Of a DNA stretch of 64,000 bases, positions 11,211-23,502 are shown one piece after another. The stretch's first letter is position 1. The number at the start of each line of letters is the position of its first letter. Origin of the DNA: Amoebophrya sp. A120. Its lineage: Eukaryota; Protista; Dinoflagellata. The DNA lies in the NCBI GenBank assembly GCA_905178155.1, contig CAJINV010000013.1, forward strand, positions 2,236,281 to 2,300,280, in the 5' to 3' direction. The notes below the pieces were generated by a model that ran no database searches, was not told the origin of the DNA, and saw nothing but the letters and a program-made list of their open reading frames with translations. The translations under genes and the position numbers were made by a program.

Positions 11211-14200
11211 ATGCGGGTGGGCTCAGGCATTCGCCGCGCCTGCCTGACCTCCGGCGTCGTCGCGAGTGGCCAACTTTTTATCCAGAATGCGCAAGCCGCA
11301 GAACAAGCAGCTGCGGTTTTGAAAACCAACACCGCAAGAACCCGCCGCCCCGCAGATGCCTCGACGGGGGAGAGTACGGAAAAAGCGGCCGCGCCTTCGC
11401 AAACCACGACCCCATGCGAAGCGGGTTGCGCAGATTCTGCTCATGCGGATACCCTGTGCAAAGAGAGAGATCCCCCCACGGGGCAAGCCCGGGAGTGGCT
11501 TTCTTATTTTTTGAGCCATGCGAAGGTCTCTGCACGTGAAAATTTCTGCCACGCAATCCTTTATATTTATGGCTGTCTACTGGTGTTCGACTCTCGCGTG
11601 GTCACTGCGTGGGAAAGTCGCGCTCAGGTGTTGGCATGGACGAGCCGCTGCAAACTAGGGCGTCCAACAAAACGTGCTTTATTGTTATTTAGCATGTGCC
11701 GCGGGAGTGGGGGGTCTTTCTCGGAGGATACGATGTGACGAATCGTTCTTGGAGAGGTGTGACTGCGACAAGGGTGCAGGAGTTGATCAGCAGAAACTCA
11801 AAGAGGTACATTTTGACAAGGTAGTTGCTCCGTATATAAGTCCCTTACCATGCGCGGCAATCTAAGCCTCCTCCAAGGGTTGAAATATAATGGAGGGGTG
11901 CGCAGGTATGCATAGAATGAGAAGATCCCAGCACCAAAGAGCCAGCATGACAAAGCCGAGAAACCAAAAGAAACGCTGCTGATTGTATTGGCATTCAGGC
12001 CCTTGGAGGAGACTATCCGCTTTGCTCATCCAAAATTTGTAATCCTGTGTGGTACTTTCCATGCCGGAGTCCATCATATACACACAACAGGCGCAGGATA
12101 TGAATTGCACGTGCAAGGATGTCGAGGTTTTCTGGAAAAAGGGGCGCGAGTCATCTGCAATGCTCATCTCCCCGCGCTGTGCATCCTGAAATATGTGCGC
12201 ACCGCACGCATTCATTCGGAAAACAGCGCAACTCGCCTTCTGTAATGCCGAAGCGGAGGCAAGCTACTTTGTTACACATACACTATACGCAGATACTCGC
12301 GCGTTAGGAATCATCACGGCAACATAGCAAATTAAAAAATTCTTTGCCACTCCTGTATATGGAAAGGATATTTCTAAGGCTACATTTGTGTGTGCAAGTC
12401 ATTTTCTTGTTTGCGGCTTATCTCTTTGGTATGACAGGAAAAAGCACACTACTGTACAGACGGGCAGAAGGAATTGCTAGCGAATGTGCAGCCCCATCAG
12501 AACCCCATAGCTCTTTTCCAAAGTGCGTTGAGTTGTGTACACATTTGAAATTGGGCCTCGAGACTGGTGCAGGGACACTTGGCCGGTGGCGTTGACCGAC
12601 CTTGCTCGCTGATGATGATGATGATGATGATGATGATGCCTATCATAACAGCAAAAATTCAAAACCTGAAATTCCTTTGTGAGCAGTTGTGTAGTAGTAG
12701 TTGTAGCGGGGAGTTTAGATAAGAAAAAAACCCGGTTTCCGTTCTTGCTTTTCTTGTCTCTTTAATCACCCCACTTGAGAAAGTTAAAGAACGTCCTCGG
12801 AAGGCAGCCGTCCCCGGAGCCTAGTATGCTTTTGGTAGCGGCACGTCTGTACTGCGCGGTACTGCGCTGCCCAAACGCTAAACCCTAAACCCATCCTCCA
12901 CTCCGAGGCGCCCGGGGACGGCGCTTTGTGGTCCTAAGTCTTCGAGCCACAGAAGTTACTTTCTGCATGGGACGAGGGGGGAATCATTTTCGACACACGA
13001 TAACAGCATTGCAGATGGCGCCGCATTCCTTTTTTCCGGGCATGCCGCCATCGTTACTTTCGTTTCATAAACTAGATGCTGAGGCGGCAAGGGGAAGCAG
13101 CGACGGAGCGGTCGCAGAGAGCCAACGCGAGGGACGCGCAAATGAAACAGGCGTCCGCGGTATCCTGTGTGAAAGTGTCCCCACCCCATAGTTGTCCTAC
13201 AATCCTGCATGCGTAAAACTAAAATGTGTCTCATGCGGAGCCTGATGAGACGCATTTTCTAGCGCTATTTTGAAACTTGTGATGCTCGAATCAGCATTGG
13301 ATGCTAGAATTGTAATGCTGCTGCACTAGCTAATGACGGTTGCACCGCGAGCCCAAACTTGCCATGCGCATCCGCCAAAGCTTGGCGATTTGTCTTGCAG
13401 AGTTCCCGACTTGGCTGCGGAGTGGGGACGTCTTTGCACAGGATGCGCGGACATGATTGCTTCGATTCAGCGGGCCAGGGATGAGCTCAGGAGCGCGCAC
13501 GAAAATATGAACTAGAAAATGACGACCCCTCCACCGGATATCGGGCTGTTTTGCCAGTTGTGCAGCCCCCGATGTACAATAGCTCGTCTTCTCTTGCCTT
13601 GCAAGTGGGAGAGGACCAGAGGCCAGCGGTCGAATCCTCAGCGGGTTCGACGAGATGGCAATGCGTACAAGATTTGTGTGGCCGCTTCTCCGCTGCTGCG
13701 AGTTCGAATCATGTATAGAAGAGGGCTGCTCTCTTAGTGGCAATGGCAAAAAGATTGGCTCACGAGATTCTTCCTTGTCGGCGGAAAACGTGTTCGTTTT
13801 CCGGGGGAGGGGGTTGGGTTTCAACGCGATACAAGAATCCGACGCCGAATTCGATGCGAACATGAAAGACTTCGAGGCGAAATATGCGGCATCGCTTCAA
13901 CAAGAAGCCGCTGCACAGAACGAATTTTTCACAAACGGCATACAAGACTTGAAGAAATTTCGAAAAGATTACCGCGCAGATAGGAATGCGCAGAACCAAA
14001 AGCAGAAGGAGGCCAACATGGAACAACTGCGGAATATCAAATGTGAGAGCAAGGCCTCCGTCCCCGCAGCGACCTGCTATATATCCCTGTTGCGAGGGTT
14101 GCGTGCGTATTTTCGCCTTGCATGGACTGAAGGCTCAAAGAACTACTTCCACTCTGTGGCGATTTGTAAAAAGTCGTGGCGTGGAGCCTCGCTCTGCTCT

Positions 14201-15038
14201 GGTCAGAAGCTTTTGACGCCCGGGTGTCGTGTTTCACCTTGGGCCTAGTCCGTGTGTCTGTCGTGCTTCTTCGCACACTTTGCTCATTTTTTTGCACCAC
14301 GGCGAGTCTTCTAAATGCATAGTGGCTGCACGACTCGCGGAATGGAACTTAGTCATGAGTCTGGTAATATAGAAATGGGGAGCGGTGGCGTATTTCTCCT
14401 TGATTGGGCAAATCAATGGCTTGGGCAAACCGGTAGCGGATGAGTTCGCGGGTAAGCTGCATTATGGAAGTGTTAGGTGGAAACATTGTCCGGATGGAAA
14501 TGACTACAGCGGTGCTCAGTCTAGTTCGATGAAATAGATCACAATGACGGGCTGTGCAAAAAAACCAACTTCTTTCAGCGCCGCAAGGCCAATTGGAATT
14601 TACCAATCATGTAGGCCGCCGCTGTTCATTTGGAAGTGGCGCTGTTTTGTTTTTGTACACTGGCGGGGCTGGGCGGATGGAGCCCTCTTGCCATGGCTCC
14701 GAGAATCCCAGCGGACGAGTGACCCTTCTTTTTATTGCAGTTTCAAACTACGGGTTGGCGCATGAGTTTGATTTCCATTCTGACAACTTTCCACCTGCCA
14801 CCTCCAAAACGATGCGCTCAATTTTTTCATGGACAAAATTTCCGCTGTGGAGGACGAGCGCTTTGACATGATGGTCGAACCCCGGCGCAGCGACGCGCAG
14901 CAAAGGAAGCTGGTCGAACTTGACGGACAACTGGCTGCTTTGCGGAAACAGCAAAAAGAACAAGAAGACGAAATTGCGCAGCACATCGGAAAGTTCTCCC
15001 GAGGCGGCGGCGGGAGCAGCAGCTTTCTCGCAGCCTAG
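11211..15038 (+). CDS. Putative secreted coiled-coil protein, paralog 2 (multi-exon, partly unresolved)
   Basis: MRVGSGIRRACLTSG...ESFLERCDC...MKQASADMIASIQRARDELRSAHE...SDAEFDANMKDFE...SSSFLAA*; exons joined by introner removal. Confidence 0.65.
11450..11730. mobile_element. Introner family D, degenerate (281 bp)
   Basis: taccctg...ccccccac / gtggggggtc...aggata; joins SAHA to DESFLERC in frame. Confidence 0.7.
12610..12638 (+). repeat. (TGA)n microsatellite
   Basis: About 9 copies of the trinucleotide. Confidence 0.9.
12825..13069. mobile_element. Possible degenerate introner
   Basis: tatg...tagcggcacg / catgccgcca...cata; joins QPSPEP to MLRRQG in frame. Confidence 0.4.
13161..13445. 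mobile_element. Introner family D (285 bp), TSD CGCGG
   Basis: Perfect 5-bp direct repeat; TIR tatcctgtg...gtccccac / gtggggac...cacaggatg; opposite orientation to the 62271 copy. Confidence 0.9.
13506..13831. mobile_element. Degenerate family A-like introner (326 bp)
   Basis: TAT...acccctcc / ggaggggg...ATA; flanks gaaaa/caaga; frame restored. Confidence 0.65.
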
Positions 15039-16903
15039 TTCGGCGGTCGCTTGACAGCTCTACTTATGTCGAAATGAAAACTGTGCCCAAGAACACTATG
15101 CAAATCTTTCTGAAGATGTACCGCGCAAAGAAGAATGCCGGCTGAGGAATTCGCAGTCCTCGTGTCTAGCTACACATGACGCATGCCACCGTCCTCTTTA
15201 CAACAGACCTGAAGCGCTATTTCGAAATTGCGAATATACCTGTCTAAGGTCGTGAAGGTGCGGAGTTATCTACCACACCAAAGGCTGATTGCGCCTCTCG
15301 TTGTAGCTTTGGGCATTTTAGTGCTATACTGGCGTATGTGTGTTGGGAGAGGTTTCATTTGGACAACTGCAGCATGGAAGAATGTTCAAACAAGTTCGTT
15401 GCGTCGAAGTTTTTTTTCACTGGCAGGCCCTACTCTCGCTCATACAAAACACCGTTCGGCCGCTGTATTTCTCTACTGTTTTCAGTATCAGTTTATTATT
15501 GTTTTCAGTTTACTTATTACTTTCTCAACCACTATTACCGTTCAACCGTGGACTGCAATTTTTCCGTCCAGGTCTGGTCAGGGATGACCTTCTACGTCCC
15601 TAGCTAGAGCAGGAATAGCACAGAAACTCGCTGAAGAGCGAGACTCGAGCGCACCCATGGAAGGACCAACCAATGCTCGCACAAAAGCAGATGATATCTA
15701 AAGACGTTTGTATTGTCCAATATTACCTATTAGTACATAAAGAGCACACTGTTAATGTTTGTTTACAACTCGGATTTTCTGCACGCAATTAATTTTCTAC
15801 TTCTGTTCCCGTTTAATGCTTTTACAGTTCGTTCACTGCCTCAAATTGAAGATCGTATCGCTTTATTCTTTCGTCTCTTCCACTCTAATAGCATTCAGCA
15901 TTTTGATCTTTCGCGACTCCTAATCACCAAGCTCCAATTTTGTCGGTTTTAGTTAGAATTATCATGATGGCCGTAGCTAACAAAAGCCGGGTCTTTCTTC
16001 AGTACTCTAACCGCTGGAAAGAAGTCCCTCGATCGAAAGACCTGCGCTACCAAGCTCCTCACACATAGTCTTTCCCGAGGAAGACAGAGCTGCTCGAGAG
16101 GGAGAAACAAGAAGGTGCTTCATCTGCTTTGCCTTGTGTAACAACGGATCTAGCTGATGTTGCGGCTATCATGATATTCTTCACTTGACCACCCAACAAA
16201 GACTTATGTATGATCTCCAGTATGTATCGCCAGCGCAGCGCCCTTTTTGCGCGCCGTTTTGTCTTCGATTTGATTTCCATTTTGAGTTCAGCTCGTTTGT
16301 CTATGGATCTTGGTTTTTAGTTGCTTGGATTCTTATCCATCGGACTCCGAGTCGCCGCATCTTGTTTCTTCTGAGTCTTCAGAGAGGAATATTCTTGTCG
16401 GTGCTTACATAGCGACACTACGCCACACTGCGGACGCTCAGCCACAGAGGTTGTCTTGGTCTCGACTGCGGTCGTGCAGGGCTTCGCTCAAACCTAGCGC
16501 GGTTTGCTGCGCAGCCTGTTTTTGATTTGGAAATGATCCCCACGGTAAAAGTAGAGTAGACCGCCTTTTCATCCTCGTGTTTGAGATTGCTCTTCCCCTA
16601 TAGAACGTCGTTTTCGTGCAAGAGCATCTTTTTGTGTGTATTGCAGCTTTGTTTTGAAGCCAGATCTGCGGAACTTTTGCTGCGTCCGGTGTAGTAACTA
16701 CACCGGACGCAGCAAAAGTTCCTTTTCAACAGGCATGCTTGGGAAAAAACTTTGCGTGAGCTGTGGACTCCAGATAGAATCTACAGCCAAAGCAGGCATA
16801 TTAAAGATTTCACACATACGTTTGACCAGATAAGAGTGATCGAGCGAAACCTAGAAGTGATCCACCTCATCGACAGCCAAGTAGCTGCGGGAAGACCAAG
16901 AGC

Positions 16904-19900
16904 ATGTCACCTGCTGAGCGTACTCCTGCAACCCAAGCCGGGCCACCGGTGCGCACGGTTCTTTGCTTGTACACGGGGGGCACGATTGGCATGCGTAAAA
17001 ATCCGGAAACCAATGTCGCGGAGCCGGTGCCGGGGTTTCTTTCGGACTGGGTGCAGAGTCTGCCTATGTTTCACGATGCGGAGTTTACGGCAGGCTTGGG
17101 ACGAAAATCTTCCAGCGCTTCTTCTTCGCCGGACCAGTCCAGCCCCTACCCTCGCAGCAAAAGCGTCTACAGGGCACCGGCCGTGAGAGGAACTACAATC
17201 GGGAGTACAACTTCTAGCAGTGTAGTTCTCGGTGATGGCAATCGGAAAAATGACCACGGCAGTGGTGCGGTACAGACTGCAACGAACGCCAGTGCAGCGA
17301 GGGAGATGAAGATGCAAAGATTTTTGGAGGAGCAGCAGAAAGTCGCTGGTGGCTCGACTTCGGAATCCCGAATAAATAAGGAACACGAAAAAGCTGCGCA
17401 CGACGACGAGCCCGAGCAGCGGCGCATGCCGCCTCGGGAGCTGATTTCGCCCTCGGTAAATTTTTTGTCGACAAACTTGGTCCATCCGCCTAGTGCTCCA
17501 CGGAGCCCGGGGAAGATGAAGTTGTCCTCTGCCGGAGACGAACAATTAGGGGACCGCGGTAATATATCTTCAATGCGACCACCGGGCGGGCAGCAGCCAC
17601 ACAGCTTGCCGTCCGCGGGTGGTGCTGCAGATCATGGCTCGCAGTTCGTTCCGCATTCTGCGTCGCACGAGCAGGCCAGCGAAAAGCGGCGCATTCACAC
17701 GACGTTGGTAGAGTACAACCCCCTGCTGGATAGCAGCAACTTCACGCACTTCATCTGGCAGGAGCTGGCGGAAGACATTTATGAAAACTACGAGCACTTC
17801 GACGGCTTCGTGATCCTGCACGGCACCGACACTATGGCCTTCACCGCAACCGCGTTAGCGTTCTTCTTCGCTATCAAAGGCAATAGGGAAACACGCGTCA
17901 CGCTGCTAGATAGTAACTATCGCTAAGTAGTAGACTGCTCACTACACGGAATCCTTGGAAAATTTCAGTCCTCGTAAAAACCAACTTGCGTTATTCTTGT
18001 GTCCACTTTTTCATCGCAGAAGGCAGTGGAGCGCCCGATGCCGCGCAGGACAATAATTGAGGACACCAATAATACGTATTCGCAGCGTGCTTTTGTCTTT
18101 GACAGAGGAAAGACTCAACAAGCCTGTGATCTTCACCGGGTCTCAGATCCCGATGGAGGAGCAAAGGAACGACGGCCTGATGAATTTCATCGGCGCACTG
18201 CAGCTCGCGGCCTTCTCGCGGATCGGCGAAGTCATGCTATGCGCTGGAAGTACGAGTCAACGTCTCAGCTTTTCAGTACAAATCCCTTGTGCGGTGGAAA
18301 TGCAGTGAATTAGAGTTAGCTTTCTGTGGTCCTACTGAAGCTTTCTATTTGATGCTGTTATGCAATGCAGCACTTGATTGCCAAGCCCGCACACGGCTGG
18401 AGGAGGTTGTTTCTTGTTCTTCGCTACAGAATTCTACTATGTACTTCCTGCTTGCGATGCATACCGCTTGTACTTTGACAATGTGCTTTACCGCGGGTGC
18501 CGCACGACCAAAGTTCACACGTCCTCCCCCCGGGCTTTTGACTCGCCAAACTTGCGGCCGCTGTGTATGGAAAGGAAAAGACGCCCCTCCCCATATCAAA
18601 ACGGAGTTTCTGATGCTGGATTTGTGTACACAAATCAGCTGTGTATTGCTGGAAGGCATTGCGGCCAGATACCCAGCCTAGGTAGAGGCGTTTGGCTCTA
18701 GTTGTTCAGCATGGCAAACGGCTCCGCTTTAGGCCCAACAGCATGACAAATCGCCTTGTCTTCTTGCAGCATAAATGTGATTTGTGACCTCAAATCAGCA
18801 GCACAAATCTTCGGAAACATGCCTTTTCAATATGGGGAGGGGGGATTTTTCTTTACGATGCTGTGTTTCGCGGGGATTCGGTACGCGTTCACGTCGGCTC
18901 TGCAGACCGGCGCGAAGAACAGAACGTTTGGGCTGACGTACGAAAATGGAAAAGTCGTTGCGGACCAACAAAAAAAGGAGGTGAACAGCACGACTTTATT
19001 CAGTGCGGACCAACAAAGCGAGGAGGGTGGTGCGAAGAGAAGGCGGACCTCGGGGCGCGTGAGTTCTGTGGCGGTGGTCGATCCGCCTCCTCCCGCTCCT
19101 TCTACCGATGGTACTGCAAGTAGTACGGGAGCTGCGCCGGCGCAAGAACCGCAAGTCGTATTGCCAACCGCCGGCGAAAATGCCTTCCATCAGCAAGACC
19201 TTCGCCTGCTGCCGCTGTTCGAGCCCCGGATCAGCATCCTGCGCATCTTCCCGGGCCTGTTCACGACCACGGCCGAGCTGATTCACGGACTGAAAGGACT
19301 GGTGCTGCAGACTTTTGGGGAGGGGAACGCGCCCAACAACCAGCCGTACCTGCTGAACACGCTGCGGGACGCCATCGAAAAGGAGCAGATCGTCGTGGTG
19401 AACGTGACCCAGTGCCTCAAGGGCGGCACGCCGGCCGGAAGTTACGCCACCGGGGCGGCGCTGACCAACATCGGGGTGTTGCCTGCCTACGATATGACGC
19501 CCGAGGCGGCGCTGGTGAAGTTGGGGTGGCTACTCGGCCTGTACCCGGAGCTCGAGGACCGGAAAAAGGATATGCAGTGGGCAAACCAGAACACAACGCG
19601 GGGATCGACTGCACTTAGACATTTATGGCAAAGTATGCATGTTTTTCAGGCGCGGAGTAGAGGCGTATGTGCATGAAGATGTGGCCACGTGTGTGAGGTA
19701 TGACCGATTTTCACCTGCTCGAGCGCTGCATCGGGCAAAGCAGATCTGGAAGTTTAGCAATTTTACTTTTTCGCCGGTTGTAGTCGTACTCGCAGTTCCT
19801 GTTCGTGTTGTCCTTTCCATATGCGTCAAGCAGCTCTTTCAGGAAGATTTGCGTGGAGAACTCACGCAGGTCTGGCAAACGAATGGACACCGAAACAGCC

Positions 19901-19923
19901 ATGTTGGCGGGGCGAAGTTGTGA
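16904..19923 (+). CDS. L-asparaginase type I (5 exons, all four introns non-canonical)
   Basis: Motifs LYTGGTIGM, PLLDSSN, GFVILHGTDTMA, KPVIFTGSQIP, YRGCRTTKV, AFDSPN, GLVLQTFGEGN, VVNVTQC, DMTPEAALVKL, DLRGELT. Long low-complexity insertions are present. Confidence 0.95.
17872..18104. mobile_element. Degenerate introner (233 bp)
   Basis: tatcaaaggcaa / ttgtctttgaca; removal gives ALAFFF(E)RLNKPV. Confidence 0.75.
18238..18463. mobile_element. Degenerate introner (226 bp)
   Basis: tatgc..ggaagtac / gtacttcc..gcata; removal gives GEVMLYFDN. Confidence 0.75.
18566..18860. mobile_element. Introner family A (295 bp), TSD CTGTG
   Basis: cccctccccatat / atatggggagggg; perfect TSD; removal gives NLRPLCFAGI. 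Confidence 0.9.
19571..19821. mobile_element. Degenerate introner (251 bp)
   Basis: tatgcagtgggcaa / ttgtcctttccata; removal gives RKK(V)KQLFQEDLRGELT. Confidence 0.75.
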
Positions 19924-21349
19924 CACTGGGGTGATGCAGCTGGGGGGATGATTGAAAAGAGAGTTTGTGTACATAGGGACATGTTGTATGTAGTGAGGTC
20001 ACGAACGTTCTAATCTAGCGATCTTTTTGCCAGTCATTACGCAAAACGACCGGCAGTTTTCAAGCGGCCGGAAGTGTTTTTGGGCATAAAAAATTTCCAA
20101 TTATCAAGCGGGCGGGGCTTTGCCGGCAAACAAGCCCGGTCGAAAACTATCGATCCCCGCTTGATAAAACGACGCAGGGGAGCCGGCAAAAGGGGCGCCC
20201 TTCTGAGGCGCCCACCGCCTTGGTTTCTGGCGGTTTGGGGCGCCCAAAAAGGGACGCCCAAAACGCAGCACTCCGAAAAAGACAGCGAATCCGCATAATA
20301 TGGGCCTCATTTTGGCCTACATTCGGGCCTCGCAAAATACGCCACCAAAATCCGCCACTTCAGAGGCGGACTGAAGGCCAGAAGATGCAGCATTTTGCCA
20401 AACAAAAACAAAAAAAGAAAGCCCGCCAAAAGCAAAAAGCCAATCCGCATGCTATGGGCCCGATTTGGGGCTCCCAAGGGTCCGACCCTGGCGCGGGCCC
20501 TGGCGGGGCCATAGCATGCGGGGAAGGTTTTTAAAATCGACACTAAATGGAGGCCAGCTCTGGAGTGAGATTTTTAGCGACTGCCGTGCCGTCGTGCATA
20601 ACATTACTCACGATGGCATGGCCGGCAGAGAAGTTGCGTCTTTTTTGGCGTGAAGACAAAAAGACCGCCATGACCTCACTACCTCCGCGGACGCGGCTAT
20701 TATTGGCAATAGGTCGAGACAAAGCGAAAGCCTTTTTTCTGCAGTGAGCCCGTATAATCGCCCCACATGAGTGGTTCATGGCCAAACTACACCCAGATTC
20801 TTAACACAGTTGCTTCTCGCACACGAGTGCGTCGATTCGGCACAAACACAAATATTTACCTGAAAGCAGAGGACAGGTGAGGTGGCGCGTTTTTCTTTCT
20901 GTTCTGTGGGGGGGCGACTTCTGCATCTGCTTGCAACCTTACGATCAAAAGCTTCGCCCGAGTCTCCGCTGCAGTATGCGATTTTTTTCTCATCTCGCGA
21001 GAGGTAGATGTCTGGGTTTTGTTTGCCGCCTTTTTAAAGAAACTCTGAGAGCGAGGACAATACGGATTCGTCGTTGTCGTTTTTTGAGTGACGAACGCCA
21101 GAGGAAAAGTCATATACATAAGGTAAAGTGATGCAACATGGGAGGACTTCTGTACGAGCATTTCGTACGAAAAAATCATTGTGTCATCACGATGTAAAAA
21201 TCCTACCCTGCTGGCGGCACTCCTGTTTCTTCACTAGCTGCCCCGATCCTCCCCGGCTGGCGAAAGACCGAGGGCTGCGAGTTTTACCGTTCAGACCGAG
21301 CGCGCCGGCGATCCAAATAAACTCCGCATTCAGCGTGCGAAATCACACC

Positions 21350-22714
21350 ATGCTGCGCGCGGCGTTGTCTTCCGTGCAGCCAAAAATCTTTTTCGGGATC
21401 GGGGGCGGGTCGGATGTGGATACGGCGGAACTCTTGGAGAAATACTCTCTGACCGTGCAAGAAAAACAATTTACTTCTTGCGAGGGAGCAAATGAAAGGG
21501 AAACTACCCTACCATCTAAAACCGCTAGCACACTGGTACTGCTTGCGCTGGGCGCGGGCGTGAAGGCAGACGGAACCTTTGATGCGGAGCAGACCAAGGC
21601 AAAGCAGCTGCAGCGGGGATTCACAGTTGTGGACGAGGCGTTTTGGGGAGCAGTGGCAGGTGCGAAAAGTAGTAGCGGAACAAGTCGTGGTTTGGGCAGC
21701 GATTTAGCAGATGAGGGAAAGAAGAAAGACTACAAACCACTACTGTACTCTGTCGTGAGGAACAAGGAAGTATCGTCAGAGACGGGCGCGGAGAACGAAG
21801 CTCCCCCACAAAACACAAACAACATTTTGGGTCTTGTTGTCGACCCCTGCTGTGCGGAAGAAAGCGCGATGATCTTTGCCGACCTTGTTACCTGGTTGCA
21901 GAAAGGCTTTTCGTCGCACACGACCTCACCGAATGTCCACGTCTTCGCCGTGGACACCGGTGGAGACGTCCTCGCCCCCCTGTTCGAGGAGAAAACCAGC
22001 GCCGATCTGTGTTTAAACGCGAAAATGTCCGCTTCATCAGACGAGGACGATCTGGAGCTGCGCGCGGTCCAGAATCCCACTCGCGACGTGGTCCTGGTGA
22101 GAGCCAACCAGCTGTATGTGCCCTTCGGGAGAGGGATGGGCGATCTGTCCTACCACCAGTTCGGGCCGGACAACTCGAAGCGCGACGAATACAGTCTGGA
22201 GCTGCTCGTTGCTGCCAAAAAGTTGCAACCGTTTTTCATGTCCCTTTGCGTGGTCGGGCCCGGCGCGGACGGGGAGTCGAGTGTGTTGGGTGTGAAAGAG
22301 ACTAGGGAGAAACTGTTCGGAGAACGACGAGATACGTACCTGACGGTGGAGTGCACGACGCTAGTACCGGCCCTTCTCTCCGAACATCCGGAAGAGCATT
22401 TTTCGAAAGTGGCAAAGTGGCGGGTCCCGGAGGAGGGTAAAACCCCTTGGATTATCCGCAAAGCGTGCGACCGGCTTGGTGGTCGGGTGGAAGATGAACA
22501 GGGAGAGAACTTCCACGTGGAAATAAAAGCAGAGATGAGGGAGCATCAAATCATCGCGTACCGGGGCAGGAAAATGCGGCGGACAGCCGGAGAGGAGAAA
22601 GACAGTTTATTTAAATGCGTTATGGACGCGGCGATGCTGCGGGAAGTGTGGTTTTTTGATGACAGGATGATCTTTAAACTGCTCGGGAAGGAAGCGATGG
22701 GGAAAGCGGAGTGA
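21350..22714 (+). CDS. DUF1152-like protein (intronless)
   Basis: Motifs FGIGGGSDV, AVDTGGDVL and VGPGADGE occur in the order I recall for DUF1152. Confidence 0.6.
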   Translation: MLRAALSSVQPKIFFGIGGGSDVDTAELLEKYSLTVQEKQFTSCEGANERETTLPSKTASTLVLLALGAGVKADGTFDAEQTKAKQLQRGFTVVDEAFWGAVAGAKSSSGTSRGLGSDLADEGKKKDYKPLLYSVVRNKEVSSETGAENEAPPQNTNNILGLVVDPCCAEESAMIFADLVTWLQKGFSSHTTSPNVHVFAVDTGGDVLAPLFEEKTSADLCLNAKMSASSDEDDLELRAVQNPTRDVVLVRANQLYVPFGRGMGDLSYHQFGPDNSKRDEYSLELLVAAKKLQPFFMSLCVVGPGADGESSVLGVKETREKLFGERRDTYLTVECTTLVPALLSEHPEEHFSKVAKWRVPEEGKTPWIIRKACDRLGGRVEDEQGENFHVEIKAEMREHQIIAYRGRKMRRTAGEEKDSLFKCVMDAAMLREVWFFDDRMIFKLLGKEAMGKAE

Positions 22715-23502
22715 GCGGCTTGTCAATTACATACAATATCCACGTACTAAAATGGACAGGTCGCGAGCTTGTAGTGAAGAAACTTCTAAGTGATCAAGTT
22801 GTGCAGCTAGTGTTGATCAACATTCACAACAAGAGGTGTTGGTCTGAAAATAATTGCACTAAAAGCCGAGATTTGCGGCTGAGCTACAGGATGCACGTCG
22901 AGGTAACGCCGCTCTCGTGCGTCGCGTTCGTGCGAAAAAGCAAATTGAGTCTCGAAATCTTTAGATCCACACGACCCGCAATAACATAAAAAGAGAAATC
23001 AATGCCGTCACATCAAGATCTGATCAGGGAAAAAGTGCAGGTTCTGAAAACGTGATTGTTTGCACGGAAGTTCACAACTCCCCCGATCCCAGACATTCTG
23101 TACGATCTGTTGTATCAGTCTTTGCGCTGTACTTTAGAAAGACGACCTGTCAGCAAGATCCAAATCACTTCTCTTGAGACATAGACACTAAATCGCCTGG
23201 AAGGCAGTTCTAAATCGTTCAAAATCGTCCACCGTGAAATTTAAAGATCCGAGAGGAGGTTCAACTGAAGATCTAAACCTTTACTTGAAGTTCGTAAATG
23301 TGGACTTCCGAAGCTCCACTATAGCGCCATGTCGAGGAGAGCACTGCTGCTACAGAACTATGTTCTCACCATGGAAGATCATCACTCCGACCACCTGAGC
23401 AATCCTTCTACGTTTTTTTTTCTATCCTCACAGGGAAAACACTTTTTACGGGTGTTTTAATCTACGGGTCTTAAGCGAAGTCGATTCAACACAAAACGCA
23501 AG

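Noticed and set aside
12873-12893. Telomere-like aaaccctaaaccc
   Set aside because: Only about two units, internal to a probable intron; could be chance.
15040-16900. Short ORFs between paralog 2 and asparaginase
   Set aside because: No motifs, F/L/S-rich noise and no consistent exon chain.
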